A program made the position numbers and the translations under genes. A stretch of DNA of 64,000 nt from sequence record ON529852.1, one strand, 5' to 3'. The notes beneath the pieces were generated by a model. The model ran no database searches, was not told the origin of the DNA, and saw only the letters and a program-made list of their open reading frames with translations. Positions 45,226-54,020 of the stretch are shown here, in pieces (the stretch's first letter is position 1; each line of letters begins with the position of its first letter).

Positions 45226-45264
45226 AAGGCCCGCCTCGTATCTTCGGATGCAGGCGGGCCTTTT
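45226..45264 (+). terminator. Intrinsic terminator of the plus-strand RNA
   Basis: AAGGCCCGCCT...TTCG...AGGCGGGCCTTTT. Confidence 0.85.
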
Positions 45265-45280
45265 GCGTTTCAGCCTAAAG

Positions 45281-45308
45281 AAAAGGGCCGCCCCGAGAGG
45301 CGGCCCTT
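45281..45308 (-). terminator. Convergent intrinsic terminator of the capsid operon
   Basis: AAGGGCCGCC-TCTCGG-GGCGGCCC followed by TTTT. Confidence 0.8.
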
Positions 45309-45313
45309 GTGGT

Positions 45314-46249
45314 TCAGGTCGACACCGTGAACGTCACCTCGACGGGCGGCGAGGTTCGCGTGATGGTGGTCGCGGTCAGGGTGACCGTGAAGTCGCCGCC
45401 GACGTAGCCGTGGCGGTAGAACGACAGGCGCTGGATGTTCTGATAGACGAAGCCATCCGTCGTGCCGTCGACAATGTCGATGCCCTCGGCCGGATTCTCC
45501 AGGTGGACCTTACCGGCGGCGTCGGTGCGCAGCGTCAGCACCAGGTCGTTTTCCGGAGCCTTGGCGGTCACGGTCAGCGTGATCGCATAGAGTTCCGTCA
45601 ACTTTTTGCCCGAGACCTTGTTGGTCAAGCCGAAGCTGAACGGGATGATCCAGTCGCGCCCGGCGGCGTTCGGCAGGGCGTATACGCCCTCGACCGGCGT
45701 GACGACCGTCAGATCGTTCGGGTAGCGGGCGGCTCCGGCCAGTTCGATCTCGCCGTTCGAGGCGACCGTCATCCCGCCGATCGGATTGCCGGAACCGTGG
45801 GTCAGGTAGCCTTCGGGCGACTGGAAGGCCGGCTCCGCGTCCGGCGTCACCTCAGGCTCGACAAGTTCAGCCGCCGCGACAACGGGGATCGCGTAGATTT
45901 CCGCGACCGTTTCCAAGCCGTTATGGGCGCGGACCGTGACGGACAGCGGGTCCAGGGCGGAGGTTTCGACCGCGCCCGCCACAAAGCGGGTCCCATCCAG
46001 GGCGATGCGCCCGCCGGCGTCGTCGATCAGGGTCAGGGTGGCTTCGGGGTCGGACAGGTAGACTTCGCCGACCGGCGCCCCCGCCTCGGATTCCGCCGCC
46101 AGCGTGCCGCCGCTGTAGAACAGGCGCAAGGGCAGCCGGCCCTGGCTTCCAGCGCCGCTCATGCGGCCCGAGATACGGCGCGGCGTGGGGTCGCCCGGAG
46201 AGGCTTTCGCCAGGGCCGAGAGATTGATACGGCGAGTACGCACAGCCAT
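45314..46249 (-). CDS. Hypothetical virion-associated protein (311 aa)
   Basis: Downstream of capsid genes; beta-rich. Confidence 0.65.
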   Translation of the reverse strand: MAVRTRRINLSALAKASPGDPTPRRISGRMSGAGSQGRLPLRLFYSGGTLAAESEAGAPVGEVYLSDPEATLTLIDDAGGRIALDGTRFVAGAVETSALDPLSVTVRAHNGLETVAEIYAIPVVAAAELVEPEVTPDAEPAFQSPEGYLTHGSGNPIGGMTVASNGEIELAGAARYPNDLTVVTPVEGVYALPNAAGRDWIIPFSFGLTNKVSGKKLTELYAITLTVTAKAPENDLVLTLRTDAAGKVHLENPAEGIDIVDGTTDGFVYQNIQRLSFYRHGYVGGDFTVTLTATTITRTSPPVEVTFTVST

Positions 46250-46404
46250 GATGAGTTTCCTTGTCGCGTTGAAAGTGGTGATCGGCCGATACCCGATCCG
46301 ACGTCGTTCGACCTTATGTCCTGGCCGACGTCCGCGCTGCGCGGTCCCACAGACCTCGCGATCTGCTCCATATTTACCCAGCGCGGGGCGTAAGCGCGCT
46401 GCAT

Positions 46405-46432
46405 GAAAAAGGCCGCCCCTTTCGAGGCGGCC
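46405..46432 (-). terminator. Intrinsic terminator after decoration gene
   Basis: AGGCCGCCTC-GAAA-GGGGCGGCC followed by TTTTT. Confidence 0.8.
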
Positions 46433-46462
46433 TCAATCGTTACCCGAAGGTGAAGGCCTGGA

Positions 46463-46891
46463 TTAGGCCTTCGAGTTCGGGGCGGCGAACGCGTAGTACG
46501 ACACCGTGCCCGTGGTCGGCTCGACGTCGGCGAAGACGCGGATGCCGGCGGCGTCGGCGTCAGCCGCAGCCAGGGTGGCGGGATCGAACTTCAGCACGAA
46601 GGTCTTGCCGGCGACGGCAGTGACCGTGCCACCGGGGGCGTCGACCGGGTTGGCGCCAGCGGCGTCAACGGTCTGGACCTTGAGGGTGGCGTCCGTGGCG
46701 GCGTCGACGACGATGACGACGTCGAACGGCGTTTGGCCGTACAGGTTCTTCAGGTCGCCGCGACCAGCGGTCAGGCGGTGAAGGTCGACGACCAGGCCGC
46801 CGGGGCCATCAGCCGTGACGGCGGTGGCGCGATCATCGATCGAACGGAGCGCCAGAAGGGCGTCATAACCGTGCTTGATCTTGGAGTTCAT
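46463..46891 (-). CDS. Putative minor capsid/decoration protein (142 aa, MNSKIKHGYDALL...)
   Basis: Immediately after the major capsid gene; GGAC SD. Confidence 0.6.
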   Translation of the reverse strand: MNSKIKHGYDALLALRSIDDRATAVTADGPGGLVVDLHRLTAGRGDLKNLYGQTPFDVVIVVDAATDATLKVQTVDAAGANPVDAPGGTVTAVAGKTFVLKFDPATLAAADADAAGIRVFADVEPTTGTVSYYAFAAPNSKA

Positions 46892-46967
46892 CTTGAGATG
46901 TCCGTTTCGAAGGTTTTGTAGAGAGAAAGCCGGGGTGGCCGAAGCCACCCCTTAGCCATCATCGCCC

Positions 46968-47903
46968 TTAGGCGACGACGGCAGCCTTCTTGATGCCCCA
47001 GACGCGAGCGGCGGCGCGGCCCGACAGCACCGCGAGGCTGATCAGCCACTCGATGCGGGTACGGTAGACCGGCTTGTCGTTGACTTGGCCGAGGTCGTCG
47101 ACTTCCATCACGCCGTTTTGCAGGCCCATGACGCCCGAGTCGCCGATGTTCACGACGTAGATCGAGGTGCCGACAGCGGCGCCGCCACCGGGGTTCGCTT
47201 CATTGAAGTCGATGACCTGGGTGTTGGTGTCGTCGTAGTCGGTGGTCAGGATGGGCAGGTCGTTGTAGAACGCGATGCGCTCGCCGAACTCGTTCTTGTC
47301 CCAGGTGATGAAGCCGGCAACCGACGTCTGGCGCGAAGCGGCCGACAGCAGGTTACGCATGCGCTTCGACATGATCAGGTGCGTGGCACCGTCAACGGCG
47401 TCGATGGCTTCGTCCAGGACTTGCAGCGACAGAGCGTCGCCGCCGGCCGAGGCGCCAGCCGGGATCAGTTGGTCGCCGACGATGCGCTTGCGCAGGCCGT
47501 CGAATTCACGCGGATCAGCTTCCGAGTCGCCGGTGATGATCTTGCCAGCCAGGAACAGCGAGAGGGCCTTGACCTTCATCTTTTCCTGCATGGTGCGGAT
47601 GTTCGCGCCATGGGTCTTGATCAGCGCCTTGTCGACGTCCAGGTCGCCGCCGACGATCTTCAGAACTTCGACCTGCGAGTTGATGACGCCGACGCCGTTG
47701 CCGTAAGCTTCGTTGAAGCCACGGAACGCAACGCCCGGCAGTTGGCCTTCCTGGGTGTAGGTGTACGAGCCACCCGGAACATCCATGAACGGCAGGACCT
47801 TCAGGAGGTCCGGATAGGCGAAGAGTTCGATGATCGCCGAACGCTTGACCTCGTCGTTGCCCATCGCCAGATCGGCGGCTTCGAGCAGAGTGAGAGCAGC
47901 CAT
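46968..47903 (-). CDS. Major capsid protein (HK97 fold)
   Basis: 311 aa; LPFMDVPGGSYTY..E..LPGVAFRGFNE; LKIVGGDLDVD; FDGLRKRI; phiCbK-like position after scaffold. Confidence 0.9.
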   Translation of the reverse strand: MAALTLLEAADLAMGNDEVKRSAIIELFAYPDLLKVLPFMDVPGGSYTYTQEGQLPGVAFRGFNEAYGNGVGVINSQVEVLKIVGGDLDVDKALIKTHGANIRTMQEKMKVKALSLFLAGKIITGDSEADPREFDGLRKRIVGDQLIPAGASAGGDALSLQVLDEAIDAVDGATHLIMSKRMRNLLSAASRQTSVAGFITWDKNEFGERIAFYNDLPILTTDYDDTNTQVIDFNEANPGGGAAVGTSIYVVNIGDSGVMGLQNGVMEVDDLGQVNDKPVYRTRIEWLISLAVLSGRAAARVWGIKKAAVVA

Positions 47904-48008
47904 GCTACTGTATCCTCAGAGTTTTTAATGGTGGTCGCGATTGAGGAGGCGGCCCCCGCCTCGGGCTCCCCCTCGGACCGACCACCGGCACCCGAGGGAA
48001 TGAGTGAG

Positions 48009-48037
48009 GAGTCATGTTTCCCAAGGAAACGTGACTC
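48009..48037. repeat. GAGTCAYG-N13-CGTGACTC palindrome copy 3
   Basis: GGAGTCATGTTTC-CCAAG-GAAACGTGACTCC. Confidence 0.7.
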
Positions 48038-48221
48038 CGTTCTTGTTTCGCGGATCGCCATGCGGGCGCTCGACGCGGAAAGTGGGTTGCCCATTCGGGC
48101 GAAATCTGTGCCGGCAGTTTACGAGGGCCGGCGGCTCGGCGGGCTGTTTAAGGAGAGCCCGCAGTCTCCGATCGACGGTGCCGCCGATCACCTCTTGGCG
48201 GAGAGGAACCCGTGGGCGGCC

Positions 48222-49016
48222 TTAGTTCAGGCGCGCACCCTTGTCGCCGTTCGCCAGGGCCAGCTTGTCGTTGGCCGACATGCCGCGCATCTCGGCGGTC
48301 GTCTTGCCGAGCGGGCCGCGCTGGTCGCTACCGCCACCACCGCCAGCGCCGCCGCCGTGCGTGCCCTTGAACATGTGCGGGGCTTCGTCCTTCAGCTTCA
48401 TGATCCACTCCTTGGGCGTCAGCGGCGAGCCGCCGTCAGCACCGTACAGTTGCAGATCGCCTTGGAACGCCAGCACACGGCCGTCGTCTTGGGCGCGCCA
48501 CACATCGGCTGCGCGGGACAGGATGTCGCGAACCGCCGAGGGCTGGACACCGAGTTCCGGGTCGATGATGGCGTCCTTGATCGCGGTCGACACCAGCGTG
48601 CGCTTGTGAACACCTTCGATCTCGCCGGCCTTGGTCTTCCAGAGCGCGCCTTCCTTCTGGGCGGCGCGAATCTGGTCCTCCAGGACCTTCTTCATGTCTT
48701 CAGTACGACGGATGACTTCTTCTTCGATCCGGCGGCTGTCGGTCAGTTGACCGTCTTTGACGCGCTGCGAGGTGGCCCGCAGTTCAGTCAGTTCGTTGGT
48801 GAAAGCGGTGGGGTCGTCGCCGACGATCGGCGCCAGGACCTCAACGGCCTTCTTGAGTTCGTCGCGCTCTTTGACGAGCCCGATGTTGGTTTCGCGGAAC
48901 TCGTCCATCTTGTCCTGGGGGACCAGATTGATTTGGACCTTATCGCCGTCGGCCTTGGCGTAGCTGCGCAGGGCGTCCGGGATAGCGTCGAGCGAGTCGA
49001 ACGTGAAAATCGGCAT
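48222..49016 (-). CDS. Capsid scaffold protein
   Basis: Coiled-coil; C-terminal PHMFKGTHGGGAGGG...MSANDKL; precedes capsid gene. Confidence 0.75.
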   Translation of the reverse strand: MPIFTFDSLDAIPDALRSYAKADGDKVQINLVPQDKMDEFRETNIGLVKERDELKKAVEVLAPIVGDDPTAFTNELTELRATSQRVKDGQLTDSRRIEEEVIRRTEDMKKVLEDQIRAAQKEGALWKTKAGEIEGVHKRTLVSTAIKDAIIDPELGVQPSAVRDILSRAADVWRAQDDGRVLAFQGDLQLYGADGGSPLTPKEWIMKLKDEAPHMFKGTHGGGAGGGGGSDQRGPLGKTTAEMRGMSANDKLALANGDKGARLN

Positions 49017-49156
49017 AAGTGGATGTGTCTCTTGGACCCTGGACCCCAGGGCATGGCGCTACGACCCGTGCGTCGCGAGATGATGTGTGCGGACGTCGCC
49101 TCGGGAGCGCAGTCCTATTCGGGATGAGCGGGACCCTAACAAAAAAGATCGCCATT

Positions 49157-49182
49157 GTCAAGATTCTCAGCAAATAACGCTT
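49157..49182 (-). promoter_or_regulatory. Late-promoter motif copy 5, embedded in a 15-bp inverted repeat (49146-49204)
   Basis: AGCGTTATTTGCTGAGAATCTTGACA-17-TAGGGT. Confidence 0.6.
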
Positions 49183-49235
49183 GCAATCCTGACAATGGCG
49201 ATCTACAGATGGGGGTTTGCCGGAAGTTCGGCGGA

Positions 49236-49805
49236 TTATTCGGCGAGACGCTGCTTCAGAGTCTTGACAGGTTTGCGGTTCTTCCGATCAATAACGAAGC
49301 CGTAGCGGGCCATGTCGTTTTTAGATTTCTCCTTGTGGCATGGGTCCTTACACAGTATCTGGACGTTCTCCGGCTCCCAGAACGACCAATCCCCAAACGC
49401 CATGAAGAGGGGGATTACGTGATCAGCCTCCCATGCGTCGGACATATACTTCCAGACAGTACCGCACTCGGCGCATTCACCTTGGTCGCGGAAGAAGACA
49501 TGCTGGCGCATGACCGCAGGATCAGATCGGAGCAAGTAGTTGCCGACGCAACGCTTCGAACACCACGACCGCCGCAGGTTGAGCGTGCCATCCTTCTTCA
49601 GAATCCGGACGCCGCACCAGCGGCAATGTCCGGGCGGCTGGCGGTTGATCTTGCTGGGGTGGGTGCGGTGGTTATAGGACACAGGCAGTTTCGAGCCGCG
49701 CGGCTTCTTGGCGCGGCGAGGCCGGCGCGAGGATGAGCGGCGGCGGCTAACAGTACGGGACGGCGTCTTCGGAGGAGAGGCGCGCCGCGCGGGGCGGCGG
49801 GCCAT
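49236..49805 (-). CDS. HNH endonuclease
   Basis: CRWCG..CSKRC; CAECG..WEADHVIP..NVQILCKDPCH..K. Confidence 0.85.
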   Translation of the reverse strand: MARRPARRASPPKTPSRTVSRRRSSSRRPRRAKKPRGSKLPVSYNHRTHPSKINRQPPGHCRWCGVRILKKDGTLNLRRSWCSKRCVGNYLLRSDPAVMRQHVFFRDQGECAECGTVWKYMSDAWEADHVIPLFMAFGDWSFWEPENVQILCKDPCHKEKSKNDMARYGFVIDRKNRKPVKTLKQRLAE

Positions 49806-49928
49806 CAGACGGTCTTCGGCTTTCGCCGGCTCCAGAAGAGGGCCGCCGTCTCGCGATGCGGCGAGCGGTCAAGCACCTTCTGCATCTCAGTCGCCAGGCG
49901 CGCGGCGCCCGGAAGGGTAGGGTCGTAG

Positions 49929-50381
49929 TCAGTCATCAGTGAAGAGGTGACGCAGCGCCATCGCGTCCCAGTAGGCGTTGTGCTGGACGGCGCCCTCCAA
50001 CGTGGTCGGATAGGCCTGGGCGCGGATCATCTCGAAGGTGAGGTGGCGCTTGGAGATCATCTCGCCCGGACCGGTCATCAGGGCGCGGCAGAAGTAGGCG
50101 ATGTCGTCGGGCCAGTCCGAGATGATGTGGGGGCGCTCATCGCCCAGCAGGAAGGCGGCGATGGTGCGGGCGGCGTTGGCCGGCGTCAGGTGATCCCAGA
50201 TGGTCTGGGTCTCGGGGACGGCGCCCATCAGCGGCTTGACGTTCTCTTCCACCCAGGGCGTGCAGGGCTGATAGGCCCGCTCCAGGATGATGTAGAGGGC
50301 GCGGCCGTCCTGGCGCACCAGGGCCAGGCTCAAGAGGTCGCCGCCGAAGCCGTCGAACTCGCAGTCGAGGAAGTAGTTCAC
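49929..50381 (-). CDS. DEDD-type 3'-5' exoribonuclease-like protein
   Basis: YFLDCEF; SDWPDDIAYF; HNAYWDA. Confidence 0.75.
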   Translation of the reverse strand: MNYFLDCEFDGFGGDLLSLALVRQDGRALYIILERAYQPCTPWVEENVKPLMGAVPETQTIWDHLTPANAARTIAAFLLGDERPHIISDWPDDIAYFCRALMTGPGEMISKRHLTFEMIRAQAYPTTLEGAVQHNAYWDAMALRHLFTDD

Positions 50382-50626
50382 AGGAAGTAAATCCGTTGCT
50401 CTCGACCAGGAGAGAGCAGGGTGGGAAGCATCTCCACCAGCCAGCGCGAATAGCCGTCGCGGGCGTCCTGGGTTTTCAGGCGGTGCTCCGGCGGCGATAC
50501 CACCAGGATGGTGTCAAACCGGGCAGCGGTGCAGGCCCCGACGACGAACACCTTGATGTCGTCGCCCAGGGCCGGCGCCAGCCGATCAGCCAGTTTCGCG
50601 TCCCAGTGAAAAAGCGCGGTCTTCAC
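50378..50626 (-). CDS. Hypothetical protein (82 aa)
   Basis: GTGA-coupled ORF. Confidence 0.55.
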   Translation of the reverse strand: MKTALFHWDAKLADRLAPALGDDIKVFVVGACTAARFDTILVVSPPEHRLKTQDARDGYSRWLVEMLPTLLSPGREQRIYFL

Positions 50627-50895
50627 GTCAGCTTCCCCTTCAGCGCCGCCAGGTGGGCCAGGTTGTCGTGGTGGATGCGCATCGCGTCGAGCAGCGCTTC
50701 GTAGGCCGTGACGGCATGCAGCCGGAGGTTCTCCAGGTCCGTGCCGCTGCGCCGGCCCTTGGCGGGCGCTTCGGTCATGGCGCTGTTGTAGGCGTTGTGG
50801 GCCAGGGCCTGTTCGCGGTGCACGATCGTGATCTGGGCCAGGGAGACCTTGGCCTGGTGGATCGCCTCGCGCAGCTTGTCCTTGCGGGTGCTCAC
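50623..50895 (-). CDS. Hypothetical helical protein (90 aa)
   Basis: GTGA-coupled ORF. Confidence 0.55.
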   Translation of the reverse strand: MSTRKDKLREAIHQAKVSLAQITIVHREQALAHNAYNSAMTEAPAKGRRSGTDLENLRLHAVTAYEALLDAMRIHHDNLAHLAALKGKLT

Positions 50896-51329
50896 AGGCG
50901 GGTGTCCTCGTCGCCGTCGTCGCCCGTATAGAGGGGAAAGCCGCGCCAATCCGCAGGCGGGGTCGGCAGGACCTCGATCTGGGCGCCCGGCGGACCGACC
51001 CACTCGGCGAACCGAACCTCATGCGGGAACCGGGCGCGGCAGTCGGCGGCGGTCTTGTCGTCGCCCTGCACGAACAGGGTCTTCAGGTCGTCCAGCGTCC
51101 ACGGTCCCGTGGGGTTTTCCAGCAGGATGTCGGACATCTCAGGCGTCACTTCATAGCCCAGCCGTTCCAGCGTGGTGCGCAACGTGAGGGGCGACGCCAT
51201 GTCTGCCGTCAGGTGAATTGTGCCTGGCTCGGTGCGCACCAGGGCGTCGTAGAGTTCCGGGTCCGACAGATAGAGGGCGCGTTCGTCCCGCTCGGCGGCG
51301 ATCTCGCCCAGGGTCTTGTCAGCCGACAT
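50892..51329 (-). CDS. Hypothetical protein (145 aa, MSADKTL...)
   Basis: GAAGAAGAG upstream. Confidence 0.6.
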   Translation of the reverse strand: MSADKTLGEIAAERDERALYLSDPELYDALVRTEPGTIHLTADMASPLTLRTTLERLGYEVTPEMSDILLENPTGPWTLDDLKTLFVQGDDKTAADCRARFPHEVRFAEWVGPPGAQIEVLPTPPADWRGFPLYTGDDGDEDTRL

Positions 51330-51744
51330 GGCGGTGCTCTTCTTCAACTTCAGCTTCTTGCTCAGCCTTTGGGCCGAGGGTGGCGCGGACCTGTTCGATC
51401 CAGGCGCGGTTATCTTCCGCCGTCGCGGCGCGCGGCGGCAGGTGAGGACGAAAGCCGACGACTTCATGGGAGCCAGGGGCGTAGACGATCTCGACCGCCT
51501 CCGCGTGAGCGATGTCGCTCTCCAGTTCCTCGGCCGGGCCGGCGATCTCAAGAATCGCCAGCGCCAGCCTGCGCGCCAGGCGACGGTCGAACAGCATCGT
51601 GTTCTGCCCGGTCACGATCTCCACACAGCGACCGTCGGGGTTGCCGATCGTGCGGAAGACGTAGTGGAACCGGGGGTCCATCGCTTCGGTGCAGCGCCAG
51701 ACCATGAGACCGGCCTGGATGGTCACGCTGAAGTCGTCGACCAA
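51319..51744 (-). CDS. Hypothetical protein (start uncertain, possibly frameshifted from ATG 51890)
   Basis: The open frame extends upstream of TTG 51744. Confidence 0.55.
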   Translation of the reverse strand: MVDDFSVTIQAGLMVWRCTEAMDPRFHYVFRTIGNPDGRCVEIVTGQNTMLFDRRLARRLALAILEIAGPAEELESDIAHAEAVEIVYAPGSHEVVGFRPHLPPRAATAEDNRAWIEQVRATLGPKAEQEAEVEEEHRHVG

Positions 51745-51900
51745 CGTCGTCAGCGCCGCGAGATCGGCTGCAAGGCGGTGGTGTTCATCAAGGCGCTGCG
51801 CAGCGTCTTGTAGACCGGGACTTCGTAGACCTTCGGCGGAGCGCCGGTGCTGAAGTCATCGACGTAGGTGTATTGGATGGGGTCGGTCATGGGGGTCTCG

Positions 51901-52131
51901 TTAACGGGGTTGGATGTTGTGGCGGCGTTGGGCGCGCCGGCGACTTTCCTGGTCGCCCAGGTCGAGCCAGCGCAGGAAGGCGAGCAGGGAAAGGCACAGG
52001 CTGAGCGCCGCGCCCAGTTCGACGCCCATCGACGAAGGCGGGGTCATGGACCCGAAGATCACGAACAGGCTGGACGCCAGCGCGATCAACGAGGTCACCA
52101 GCCACAGGGCACGATTGCTCATCGGAACCAC
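51901..52131 (-). CDS. Small two-TM membrane protein
   Basis: Two hydrophobic segments. Confidence 0.6.
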   Translation of the reverse strand: MVPMSNRALWLVTSLIALASSLFVIFGSMTPPSSMGVELGAALSLCLSLLAFLRWLDLGDQESRRRAQRRHNIQPR

Positions 52132-52367
52132 CGGCCGAACACGAACTCAGCCAGCAGATAGAGCCCGGCCGCGACAGGCGGGATCGCCGCGAAGATCGAG
52201 ACGGGCAGGATCATCACGGCGAAGTCGTGCTTCCACAGGGCGAACGGCAGCGAGAAGATCGCGCCGACCAAGGCGCCCAAGAAGGCCAGGGCCACAGCGG
52301 CGCCGAGGAAGGCCAGGCCGACGAGGAAGGTGAGCGCGCCTTTATCGATGACGGGGGCAGCGGCCAT
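52119..52367 (-). CDS. Small membrane protein
   Basis: Two hydrophobic segments. Confidence 0.6.
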   Translation of the reverse strand: MAAAPVIDKGALTFLVGLAFLGAAVALAFLGALVGAIFSLPFALWKHDFAVMILPVSIFAAIPPVAAGLYLLAEFVFGRWFR

Positions 52368-52368
52368 G

Positions 52369-53112
52369 TCATTCGCCTCCGTCGAGCAGATGTTGGACGC
52401 GGACCCAGCCCGCCGTGTCGATCTTGGAGATCGCCGCCAGCAGCAGGCCGACCAGGGTGTCCTTGTGGACCTGGGGTCCCGCCATGCCGTGCACGGGCGG
52501 CTGGCCGCGTGGCGCGATGATGCCGGCCCAGGTCTCTTCCTGGTTGAACTTCTTCATCACCGTCAGGGTGACGCCGTGGCCCCGGCTCTCGTGGTAGCGG
52601 CGCTTCGGGAAGCTGTAGGTCGCGCCGGCGCGCAGCACTTCGATGCCGTCGATGTGGAGGTCGACGCCTTTCTGGCGGATGGTCGGTTCGGCCGCGCCGA
52701 GATGGGCCGGCATGACCTCCCATTCATCGAACCGGCCGAAGCCTTCCAGAACTTCTTCGCCCGATCCGGCGGTGGTGCGCCAGCCCGGCGTGATCGACAG
52801 GAAGATGTTGGTCACGGCGCCCAGCAGCACCGTCGAGGTGAAGTCGAAGCGGTGGTCATGGCGGCAGCCGAAGGACTCCGGTTCGGTCGGCAGGTCCGGA
52901 TGCCACAGGTGCAGGCGGACGTCCTCGTTCAGATAGACCTGGGCGAAGCCGACCCCGGCGTGATAGCGCGGCTTCAACGCGCCGCTGAGCAGTCCCGCGC
53001 GGACAGTCTGGTAGAGAGGATGCGGGTCGGGCACGGAGAGGATTTCCTTGATACGGGCGTTGGCGGTCGCGCTGGCGCGTTTGAGGGTTTCGGGGGAGAC
53101 GCGCCGCGTCAC
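52369..53112 (-). CDS. Cupin-like protein (247 aa, GTG start)
   Basis: RLHLWHP..HDHRFDFTSTVL.G metal-binding cupin pattern. Confidence 0.55.
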   Translation of the reverse strand: MTRRVSPETLKRASATANARIKEILSVPDPHPLYQTVRAGLLSGALKPRYHAGVGFAQVYLNEDVRLHLWHPDLPTEPESFGCRHDHRFDFTSTVLLGAVTNIFLSITPGWRTTAGSGEEVLEGFGRFDEWEVMPAHLGAAEPTIRQKGVDLHIDGIEVLRAGATYSFPKRRYHESRGHGVTLTVMKKFNQEETWAGIIAPRGQPPVHGMAGPQVHKDTLVGLLLAAISKIDTAGWVRVQHLLDGGE

Positions 53113-54020
53113 CCCTCGCCCTCCCATCCGGCGGGGACGCGGAAACCAGCGGCGTTCTTGTGGCCGCCGCCGCCGAACTCGCTGGCGACCTGGGAGACGT
53201 CCACCGCCTTGGGGTCGTCCTTGTCGGAGCGCAGCGAGAACGACCGCTGGCCGTCCGAGGTGTCGAAGTAGCTGGCCGAGAAGGGCTCGCCGCGACACAT
53301 GATGTTGCCGCCCTCGGACGCGAAGATGTAGGGCAGGTTCGCGACCGGCACGTCGTAACCGCCGATCACCATGCGGCGCTTGGCGGCGCGGATGGCGCCC
53401 GAGATTTCGGCGTCCTGCTTCTTGACCAGGGCCTCGCCGATCTTCACGGCGTGGCGCATGCCCTCGTCGTCGTCGAGCGTCTGGGCCATGTCCATCCAGC
53501 TATCGAAGTCCAGCGGAGCCAGGCCCATCCAGGCGCAGACCGCCTTGGCGTTGGGCAGCGCCCAGGTCCACAGATCGCGATCCTGGACGTAGCGGATGAG
53601 CGCCGGCGCGCCTTCGTCGTCTTTCAGGTCCCACACGGCCGCGACACCGTCTTCACCGCCGAAGCAGAACTCCCACGACAGCATGGCGCCCGACTTGGTC
53701 ATGTCGAAGACACCCATGATCGTGCCGTCGGCGATCAGCGGCTCCAGAAGGCGCTGGGCCGAGACGTGGTGATCCAGGATGGTCACCGAGGCGGCCTCGG
53801 ACACGATCTGCAACGTCGCGTCGGGCTTGTAGGAGAAGTCGACGATCAGGACGTGCTTGCCGGCGACGTCCGGCAGGCTGTCGGCCTGGTAGACGCCGGG
53901 GACCATCTTGCAGTTCGGCCAGCGAAGCTGCACGGCCCAGGCGGCGGTGAAACCGTCCGCGCAAGGGTGGTGATAGATGCAGACGTCGGGCTCGTAGCCA
54001 TAGGGGGCGTGGTAGGCCAT
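53109..54020 (-). CDS. DHH/DHHA1 phosphoesterase (NrnB-like nanoRNase)
   Basis: YHHPCADG, IVDFS, ILDHH, DRDLW, GGGHKNAAGF. Confidence 0.9.
   Translation of the reverse strand: MAYHAPYGYEPDVCIYHHPCADGFTAAWAVQLRWPNCKMVPGVYQADSLPDVAGKHVLIVDFSYKPDATLQIVSEAASVTILDHHVSAQRLLEPLIADGTIMGVFDMTKSGAMLSWEFCFGGEDGVAAVWDLKDDEGAPALIRYVQDRDLWTWALPNAKAVCAWMGLAPLDFDSWMDMAQTLDDDEGMRHAVKIGEALVKKQDAEISGAIRAAKRRMVIGGYDVPVANLPYIFASEGGNIMCRGEPFSASYFDTSDGQRSFSLRSDKDDPKAVDVSQVASEFGGGGHKNAAGFRVPAGWEGEG

Noticed and set aside
2097-49182. sigma54 promoters for the GGC..TGC motif
   Set aside because: The GG-to-GC distance is 10 nt rather than the invariant 12.
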